Shown piece after piece: positions 33,664-40,000 of a stretch of DNA of 40,000 bases (position 1 is its first letter; the number at the start of each line of letters is the position of its first letter). Location: NCBI GenBank assembly GCA_900105225.1, contig LT629764.1:96098-136097 (forward strand). Reading direction: 5' to 3'. The stretch is from Paenibacillaceae bacterium GAS479. Its GTDB lineage: Bacteria; Bacillota; Bacilli; Paenibacillales; Paenibacillaceae. A program made the translations under genes and the position numbers. Under the pieces are notes generated by a model, which had not been told where the DNA came from, did no database searches, and was given only the letters and a program-made list of their open reading frames with translations.

Positions 33664-33706
33664 GGATCTCTCCTTTCTGCCCTTGGGGGCTAAGACTTGA
33701 AATATA

Positions 33707-33735
33707 TTGACGCCTCACAGCTTAATTGGTACAAT
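33707..33735 (+). promoter_or_regulatory. Near-consensus sigma-A promoter on the plus strand (TTGACG-17-TGgTACAAT)
   Basis: The -35 TTGACG is at 33707-33712 and the spacer is exactly 17 nt, ending in TGg. The -10 TACAAT is at 33730-33735. Best promoter match I found in the window, and it is oriented against all genes. Confidence 0.6.
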
Positions 33736-33741
33736 CTGGTC

Positions 33742-33802
33742 ATAATCCGAAAGCATCGGTCAAAGAGAGTCTGGGGCGCAAGCCTTGGGCTCTTTTTGTT
33801 TT
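33742..33802 (+). ncRNA. Candidate ~60-nt sRNA, antisense to the helicase/PAPS-reductase intergenic mRNA
   Basis: Predicted start about 7 nt after the -10. A 5' hairpin CCGA-AAGCA-UCGG lies at 33747-33759. A 12-bp terminator stem with a GCAA loop at 33766-33793 is followed by a U-tract. No start codon inside. Confidence 0.5.
33766..33802 (+). terminator. Strand-specific intrinsic terminator of the candidate sRNA
   Basis: AGAGUCUGGGGC-GCAA-GCCUUGGGCUCU followed by UUUUGUUUU. Four of the 12 pairs are G.U in plus-strand RNA and become C.A mismatches in the minus-strand transcript. Confidence 0.55.
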
Positions 33803-33867
33803 CCTGCCCTGCCAAGATGGTGGCAGCTCACCTGAGCTAACAGTTAATCGCCGCCAGCTTTGCCGCT

Positions 33868-35448
33868 TCACTCTCCGCGATAAGTTTTCGGATCAATGCC
33901 GGCAGGCACACGCCAACCATTGGCAGCAATCCGGTCGATCAAACTTTTTGCTTCATTAAATGTCCACGTTCCGACATGGTCGAAGCCGCGCTGTTCCAGG
34001 AAGCGGATCTGCTTCGGCGTAGTCAATCCCTCGGCCTGGCGCTTGTCCAAACGTTCCAGCAGCAGCGATGCCTTGCCAGCATTGTCGATTTCATCCGGCA
34101 TGATACCGAGCTTTTCGAGTGACTGAACCTGCTGTGAGCTCGGCGGCTGCATCTCCCAGCCGAAAGCGGGGGTATAGCTGGACAGGTCCTCCGCTTGGAT
34201 ACTCATCTCAAATTGCAACGGATCGACTAATGCCCGTTTACGTCGTTTCATTTCCCCGAGCTGTTTGGCCAGCGCCTCTTCACGCTGCGCGACCACATCC
34301 TCGGTCGCCTGCTTCTCCACGGCTTCGAGATCCAGCGCTATGCCTGCCTCTTCAATCTGCTTGGTCATCGCCTGGGCAATCTCTTCGCTCTCCGCGATCA
34401 AATGGGCAGGATGACAAAGCTCATGCCGCTCTGTGTGCCAAAGGAAGTCCAGCAGCAGCAAGTCCGTTTTGCCGGGATGCAGCCGGGTACCACGCCCGAC
34501 CATCTGGCTATACAAGCTACGGACCTTTGTCGGTCGCAGCACGACGACGCAATCGACGCTTGGACAATCCCAGCCCTCCGTCAGCAGCATGCTATTGCAA
34601 AGCACGTTGTATTTCCCTTTGTCGAAATCTTCTAATATTTCAGCGCGGTCTTGAGATTCGCCGTTGACTTCAGCGGCGCGGAAACCGATTTGATTGAGGA
34701 TGTCGGTGAATTTTTGACTGGTCTTAACGAGGGGGAGGAATACGACGATCTTGCGGTCTTTGGCGACTTTCCACATTTCAGCTGCGATTGATTCGAGGTA
34801 TGGATCAAGCGCCGTTCCCAAATCGCTAGTTTTAAAGTCTCCGGCCTGATGCCCGACGGCTGTCAGGTCAAGCTGTAAAGGAATAGTCATAGCTTTGATC
34901 GGGCTGAGGAATCCGGCCTTAATTGCTTTCGGCAGCGTGTACTCGTAAGCCAGGCTTTCAAAATAGCTGCCAAGGTTGCGCATATCGCCACGGTCCGGAG
35001 TGGCAGTTACGCCCAGTACGTTGGCTGATCCGAAATACTGCAACACGCGCTGATAGCCATCTGAGATACAGTGATGTGCCTCGTCGATGATGATCGTGTC
35101 AAAATGGTCCGGCGAAAACTGTTCCATCCGCTTTGGTCGCTGCAGTGTCTGCACGCTTCCCACAACGACGCGGTACCAACTGCCAAGAGACGTCTGTTCC
35201 GCTTTCTCCGTTGCGGTTTTAAGCCCGGTTGAGCGCTCCAGCTTGTCTGATGCCTGATCAAGCAGCTCCGAGCGGTGGGCAAGGACGAGCAAACGCTCGC
35301 CCAGCCTTACCCGGTCCTCTATTACCTTTGAAAATACAATCGTCTTGCCGCAGCCGGTCGGGAGAACAAGCAGCGTTCGCTTGACTCCCTTTTTCCATTC
35401 CAGTTGAATGGACTCCCGGGCCTCCTGCTGATAGGGTCTAAGTTCCAT
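33868..35448 (-). CDS. Superfamily-2 DNA helicase (ResIII/DEAD-like plus Helicase_C)
   Basis: 526 aa. LRPYQQEA..LLVLPTGCGKT is motif I and IIIDEAHH is motif II. VLGVTATP, MLLTEGWDCP and QMVGRGTR are motifs III to VI. A ~110-aa C-terminal extension follows. Confidence 0.9.
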   Translation of the reverse strand: MELRPYQQEARESIQLEWKKGVKRTLLVLPTGCGKTIVFSKVIEDRVRLGERLLVLAHRSELLDQASDKLERSTGLKTATEKAEQTSLGSWYRVVVGSVQTLQRPKRMEQFSPDHFDTIIIDEAHHCISDGYQRVLQYFGSANVLGVTATPDRGDMRNLGSYFESLAYEYTLPKAIKAGFLSPIKAMTIPLQLDLTAVGHQAGDFKTSDLGTALDPYLESIAAEMWKVAKDRKIVVFLPLVKTSQKFTDILNQIGFRAAEVNGESQDRAEILEDFDKGKYNVLCNSMLLTEGWDCPSVDCVVVLRPTKVRSLYSQMVGRGTRLHPGKTDLLLLDFLWHTERHELCHPAHLIAESEEIAQAMTKQIEEAGIALDLEAVEKQATEDVVAQREEALAKQLGEMKRRKRALVDPLQFEMSIQAEDLSSYTPAFGWEMQPPSSQQVQSLEKLGIMPDEIDNAGKASLLLERLDKRQAEGLTTPKQIRFLEQRGFDHVGTWTFNEAKSLIDRIAANGWRVPAGIDPKTYRGE

Positions 35449-35457
35449 AGCTACCCC

Positions 35458-36030
<573 letters not shown>

Positions 36031-36054
36031 AGATGAGTCCTCCTAAAATTTGGT

Positions 36055-37152
36055 TTAAAACGGTGCGTTGTTTCGGTTGGTTTGAATCAGTCCAACAACT
36101 TGTGGCCAGGCTCCGACAAGGACTCCAGCAATAAATCCGGGATCGTAATTGACAATTGGTGTATCAGCCGGGTAGTAGCCTTTTTGGCTGACCACGAGCC
36201 GTACCTCGCCTTCAGATACTTGATCCTGCGTCATCAGATCGCGTAGAGACTGCGGAATGCCTGGATCAAGCTGTTCGGCGGAAGCCTGCTGCGGCGCCTG
36301 CTGTTGTGGAGCTGTAGCCGGTGCAGGCGTCTGCTGAACTGGTGGAGCTACTTGCTGTGGAGCTTGTTGCTGCATCTGCTGTTGCATCATCGGCTGTGTT
36401 GCTGCCGGTTGCTGTCCAGGGCTAGGCTGGAAGATATGAGCGATATAGGAGTAATCGAGAGGGAACTCGTCCGGTAGACCGTGACGGTTTTTCGCATCCC
36501 ACGCCGGATGATGTGTGGCGTACACGGTACGAGTACCGCCCTGCCCTTTGTGCTTTTTGCCCTTGTCATCAGTAGCGACCGAGAAAGTCTTATAGTTGAT
36601 GAACAGAACCATATCGGCCCATTCCTTCACCAGCGCAGCCGTCTTAGAACCCGTCTTCGGTCCCAACTTGAGTTGGTAGCGGTCATAGGCACCCATTTCG
36701 TCGGGCTGTTCAAATTTGATGATTTGGGAGTGGGCCGTCAGCATGACATGAATACCAGCCTCGACAACGTCACTCAGAAGATTGAGGAAGCGGCCCATTT
36801 CCTCGGCCACAAAGATATAGCCTTTTCCGTAGCCAAAATCCTCGACCCCTTTTTTCGCATGCGCCGCACAGACGCTTTCCACGCAAAGCATTTCGGCCCA
36901 GTCGATAGTATCAATAATGAGCGTGCCGAACCGGGAAGGGCCCTGCTGCTTGACCCATTGAATTTGCTGCTTGAGCATTTCCCAACTGGACGGCTTCGGA
37001 AGGCGATCAACATCCATTTCGGTCGTCGAACCTTCTGTATCTATAAAAATTGGTCGCGGACACTGCGCGGCGAGAGTCGATTTACCAATACCTTCGGGAC
37101 CATACATAACACCCTTTTTAGCCTTCTGGACCTTTCCGCTGATGATTTCCAT
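36055..37152 (-). CDS. Sak4-like RecA-fold ATPase (AAA_24) with a Q/P-rich linker and an extra C-terminal domain
   Basis: 365 aa. Walker A is VMYGPEGIGKSTLAA and Walker B-like is TLIIDTID. Residues ~240-295 are Q/P-rich (QQPAATQPMMQQQMQQQAPQQVAPPVQQTPAPATAPQQQAPQQ). A ~70-aa domain follows and ends ..NRNNAPF. Confidence 0.8.
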   Translation of the reverse strand: MEIISGKVQKAKKGVMYGPEGIGKSTLAAQCPRPIFIDTEGSTTEMDVDRLPKPSSWEMLKQQIQWVKQQGPSRFGTLIIDTIDWAEMLCVESVCAAHAKKGVEDFGYGKGYIFVAEEMGRFLNLLSDVVEAGIHVMLTAHSQIIKFEQPDEMGAYDRYQLKLGPKTGSKTAALVKEWADMVLFINYKTFSVATDDKGKKHKGQGGTRTVYATHHPAWDAKNRHGLPDEFPLDYSYIAHIFQPSPGQQPAATQPMMQQQMQQQAPQQVAPPVQQTPAPATAPQQQAPQQASAEQLDPGIPQSLRDLMTQDQVSEGEVRLVVSQKGYYPADTPIVNYDPGFIAGVLVGAWPQVVGLIQTNRNNAPF

Positions 37153-38459
37153 CAGAACTCACCTGCTTTCCATGTTCTCGGTTCCGTCGCGGTTGTCACC
37201 GTGGATTCCACTGGCTCTGACTCACCGACCACATAGCCGTCTTCGATAAGAATCGAACATTCATCACCTGTGCTGACTCGGGTAGCGATGGCCTGCAGCC
37301 CCTCTTGCTCCAACCACTCGCCAAACTCCTGCAGCGTCTCCAAGTCCATTTGTTCGAGCTTGTCCAACAAGATGAAGCCGCAGTTTGGTTTTAGGCGTCG
37401 CACAATGGCCGTTGCGACCCGCAGCTGCTCCGCGCCGCTCATGTTGTCCCATCGCTGACCGTTGTACAGCAGCTCGCCCTGATCGACTGACAGACCCGGT
37501 AGCGGCAGATCCGCATTGGTAAGGAGGTCCGTCTTTGCTTGGCGGATTGCGTTAACCTCAGTTGTCATCGCATCGTATTGCTGGCGATATTCGCTGGCAT
37601 CTGTCTCAGCCTTGTCCTTGTCGAGATTGGCTCGTACCATCCGGTTGATCTCGTCGATCTGCTGGATATTGGTCTCCAGTTCTGCGGTCGATCCATCCAG
37701 CAGATCCAGAGCATCGGTTCGGGCAATCTTCAAGTCCGATTCGAGCAGATCGTATTTTCGGGAGGCTTCATTAAGTAGGTCCGTCAGGCGCTCAACCTCT
37801 TTGGCCTGATGGGCCAGTTGGCTCTCAATTTGCGCAGCGTGCTGTCGCTTCCGCTGATTCTCGCCGTTACGGGCAAGAATGTCCTGTTGCTGGCGGATCA
37901 TGTCCGACGCGGATATCAGCTCCTTCGGTGCATCCGTAAAGTACGGTTGTTCCTTGGCAAACTTGGCCTTTTGGTCCGCAATCTGCCCGATAGCATGCCG
38001 GCGATTGAACACTTCCAGTTCCTTAGTCTCAAGCTCCACAAGCTTGTTGCCCACGCCGATGATGCGGAGCAAGGTATTGGCCTTCTCTTTGCTCGTGGAG
38101 TTGAGGAATTTTGGAAGATCAATCGCCAACTCCTCAACGAAGCTGTCCAGCAGCTGTTGACCAGCCTTTTGGCCGTTCGGGTCAATGACCTTGAGGTCGC
38201 TGTTTTTGCCCTTCCGTTCCACGATCAGGCCGTTGGAGAGAGTCAGACGCAAGTGAGGCGGAATGGCTGAGCCTTCACGCTCGGCCTGGGATGGGCGATA
38301 TTTGTTGCCGCCGAGTACCCAGGCGATGGCGTCCAGGACGCTAGATTTACCCTGTTTATTTTTGCCACCGATCACGGTAAGACCAGATGCGGCAGGCTCC
38401 ATTTTGACAGCTTTGACGCGCTTGACGTTCTCAATTTCGAGGCGATTTATTTTAATCAC
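37152..38459 (-). CDS. SMC/Rad50-like ATPase (AAA_23-type recombination/replication-associated)
   Basis: 435 aa. N-terminus IKINRLEIENVKRVKAV...LTVIGGKNKQGKSSVLDAI (Walker A), a central coiled coil, and a C-terminal signature/Walker B region (SGAEQLRVATAI..FILLDKLEQMD). Confidence 0.8.
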   Translation of the reverse strand: MIKINRLEIENVKRVKAVKMEPAASGLTVIGGKNKQGKSSVLDAIAWVLGGNKYRPSQAEREGSAIPPHLRLTLSNGLIVERKGKNSDLKVIDPNGQKAGQQLLDSFVEELAIDLPKFLNSTSKEKANTLLRIIGVGNKLVELETKELEVFNRRHAIGQIADQKAKFAKEQPYFTDAPKELISASDMIRQQQDILARNGENQRKRQHAAQIESQLAHQAKEVERLTDLLNEASRKYDLLESDLKIARTDALDLLDGSTAELETNIQQIDEINRMVRANLDKDKAETDASEYRQQYDAMTTEVNAIRQAKTDLLTNADLPLPGLSVDQGELLYNGQRWDNMSGAEQLRVATAIVRRLKPNCGFILLDKLEQMDLETLQEFGEWLEQEGLQAIATRVSTGDECSILIEDGYVVGESEPVESTVTTATEPRTWKAGEF

Positions 38460-38517
38460 GGGAAATCCTCCTTGATATAAGTAGAAGAAGAGTGCTAGAC
38501 TAACGACGGGAACATTT

Positions 38518-38658
38518 TTACTTAGCTCTGTTAAGGTGGGGACCTAACAGGGCTTTTCGCATTGCCCATTGTTGCTGCGTTCGGTTCATGGCGATCAGCA
38601 GCAAAAATCTTTTTTCAGGCTTGGTCATTTGCTGCCAAACCCAACCGGTAATTTGCAT
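38518..38658 (-). CDS. Hypothetical small protein (46 aa)
   Basis: ATG 38658 with strong SD AAAGGAGGTGA gives MQITGWVWQQMTKPEKRFLLLIAMNRTQQQWAMRKALLGPHLNRAK. It overlaps the 3' end of the preceding small ORF. Confidence 0.45.
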   Translation of the reverse strand: MQITGWVWQQMTKPEKRFLLLIAMNRTQQQWAMRKALLGPHLNRAK

Positions 38659-38785
38659 GGTGTGTTTCACCTCCTTTCGTGCTTTGATATTGCAAGCGGT
38701 AGACCTCACGGAGCTTGTCCGATGGGGCCGTCTCCATTAGCTGGAGTAGGTTACCGCAGCTGCGGATGCGTTGTTTTCGGGTCAT
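38615..38785 (-). CDS. Hypothetical small protein (56 aa)
   Basis: Not in the ORF track. ATG 38785 with SD GGGGAGGTGA gives MTRKQRIRSCGNLLQLMETAPSDKLREVYRLQYQSTKGG... It overlaps the next ORF by 44 nt in another frame. Confidence 0.4.
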   Translation of the reverse strand: MTRKQRIRSCGNLLQLMETAPSDKLREVYRLQYQSTKGGETHHANYRLGLAANDQA

Positions 38786-38801
38786 AGCGTTTCACCTCCC
38801 C

Positions 38802-39110
38802 TTAAATCTCTCTGTAAATCTTGTACATCCTGTACACTTGGAGAATGTCGTGGATATCTCCGGATACGCACAACTCTTCAAAGGCATTGTCCCGAAGGGT
38901 TTCGACGTAGACTACCGCATCTGTTTCACCGATGGTTGAAGGAAGATCGGAGTATACTTCCAAAACGCACTTGTTGCCTTCGGAATGTCTTACAACGAAA
39001 GCCACGCCGCCGATCCGGTTGTAAAACAACGATTTGCCGATTGAGTGGAATCCATTTTCAATCAAACGACCTTCGATGATTCCGTCGAAATACGTGAGTT
39101 TACTTTCCAA
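38802..39110 (-). CDS. Hypothetical protein (102 aa)
   Basis: TTG start with SD AAAGGAGTGG at 7 nt. Overlaps the end of the Rha gene. No motif recognised. Confidence 0.55.
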   Translation of the reverse strand: MESKLTYFDGIIEGRLIENGFHSIGKSLFYNRIGGVAFVVRHSEGNKCVLEVYSDLPSTIGETDAVVYVETLRDNAFEELCVSGDIHDILQVYRMYKIYREI

Positions 39111-39882
39111 CTGCCATCCACTCCTTTTCCATTACCGGGATAATGCCGCGCTTGCCAAGTATTTCATGGATAAACAATCTTCCCTTTTGCGTCCAGCGAG
39201 TGTTGAGCGTCACATCAGCTTCCCCGTTGCTCCGAGTGATCTGAATTGTTTCTGATTTTGTGAGCCCTTTGCCGTGATGCTCGCTGTAGAGGATCCATTG
39301 ACCGTTGACCTTGCGCTGCACTCTCTCTTCGTGGAGCAGCTTGTTCAGGGCTCGTGCCGTCATGTCGTAATCCCCGGCGATTTGCGTTAGCGTCAATGTT
39401 TTCTTGGACTTTAAAATCTGATCCAGGTAACTGATTTTAGGCTCGTACTCCGCCACTTGCTGTTCGAGCATCAGCACCTTGCCTTCAACAACCTGCCGTT
39501 CCTTCTGTTCTTCAATCCAGCGCTCCGCCCGTTTAATCGGATCTTCCAGCGTGTAGGATGGCTGGACTGCTGGCTTCGACAATTCGTCCCGCATCCGGTT
39601 AAATTCGCCGATATATAGCTCCTTGAAGCGAGCAGCCTCCTTGCCCGTGTAGCCCATAACGAGGAAAGAGAAACCGTCTTGGGTGATGAGGTACTTCGGT
39701 TTTTCTCGGTTCATAGAGTCTTGATAAGAGATGGGCACGAAATTGTGCTCATTAAATTCATCGCTGCAATCAAGCTCCCGGATGTCTTGCATGACTCTCT
39801 TATGTTCCTTGCCGAATGCCTCTGCCACCGTGAGGCTGTCCGTGACTGCTCGTCCGCTTTCAATAAAAACCAGTTGACTCAT
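39100..39882 (-). CDS. Phage regulatory protein Rha (N-terminal) fused to a KilAC/antirepressor C-terminal domain
   Basis: 260 aa. VTDSLTVAEAFGKEHKRVMQDIREL..FNEHNFVPISYQDSMNREKPKYLITQDGFSFLVMGYTGKEAARFKELYIGEFNRM is the Rha signature. The C-terminus LTLTQIAGDYDMTARALNKLLHEERVQ is KilAC-like. Confidence 0.85.
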   Translation of the reverse strand: MSQLVFIESGRAVTDSLTVAEAFGKEHKRVMQDIRELDCSDEFNEHNFVPISYQDSMNREKPKYLITQDGFSFLVMGYTGKEAARFKELYIGEFNRMRDELSKPAVQPSYTLEDPIKRAERWIEEQKERQVVEGKVLMLEQQVAEYEPKISYLDQILKSKKTLTLTQIAGDYDMTARALNKLLHEERVQRKVNGQWILYSEHHGKGLTKSETIQITRSNGEADVTLNTRWTQKGRLFIHEILGKRGIIPVMEKEWMAVGK

Positions 39883-40000
39883 CTTGACACCTGCTTCCTC
39901 TAGATTGAATGCTTCCTTTTTTCAGGTTGACTTAACTGGCGGATTTCTCATTCTTGCGTTCGGACCTCTTCCGCTCCAGAAGGATCCTCATCCCCTTCCC

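Noticed and set aside
33726-33959. 77-aa plus-strand ORF downstream of the plus-strand promoter
   Set aside because: Its TTG start lies inside the spacer and -10 region of the promoter. It reads through the terminator hairpin and U-tract and then runs antisense into the helicase gene. There is no SD.
39932-40000. Possible 3' end of another minus-strand gene at the right edge
   Set aside because: Two of the three frames are open to the window edge (ending at TAA 39932-39934 or at an earlier TGA). With only about 20 codons there is no way to choose a frame or assign a product.

Overview
Almost the whole window (653-40000) is one contiguous temperate-phage or prophage segment. Every convincing gene is on the minus strand, so transcription runs from 40000 towards 1.

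Gene order in the direction of transcription:
- Rha/KilAC antirepressor and small early ORFs.
- Recombination/replication module: SMC-like ATPase, Sak4/AAA_24-like ATPase, DUF669, SF2 helicase.
- PAPS-reductase-like PP-loop enzyme, then a chain of tiny translationally coupled ORFs.
- YopX, a low-GC HNH endonuclease, an ABA-sandwich protein, prim-pol/helicase, RusA.
- A late regulator with a sigma region-4-like HTH, followed by an unusual late promoter/terminator region.
- Packaging and head genes: terS, PBSX-type terL, SPP1-type portal, MuF/gp7, scaffold, decoration-like protein, lambda-E-type capsid, connectors.
- A contractile-tail and lysis block colinear with B. subtilis PBSX/skin (xkdK to xkdX, xhlA, holin, amidase).

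No integrase, repressor, att site, tRNA, rRNA or CRISPR array is visible. The lysogeny module is presumably beyond 40000. Composition and protein similarities suggest a Paenibacillus-like Firmicute host; this is inference only.

Most notable observations:
1. The only plus-strand unit is a near-consensus promoter plus a strand-specific terminator, defining a ~60-nt candidate sRNA (33707-33802).
2. The MuF head protein carries a C-terminal RadC-like JAB domain (HNHPGG). A small overlapping ORF and a terminator follow it.
3. An AT-rich lipoprotein moron with its own terminator sits between the G/GT tail chaperone and the tape measure gene.
4. The late promoter region has 11-bp phased repeats and two intrinsic terminators that bracket one small gene.
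5. An iteron/inverted-repeat region with an AT-rich palindrome lies downstream of the primase and is a candidate origin.
6. A low-GC gene with its own promoter (STAS-like region plus GHKL N-box) lies beyond the endolysin and runs off the left edge.

Three ORFs missing from the supplied track were found by hand: an XkdX-like ORF, the -1 frameshift extension of the tail chaperone, and the partial gene at 1-537. All calls rest on reading the sequence and recalled family motifs. No database search was run.
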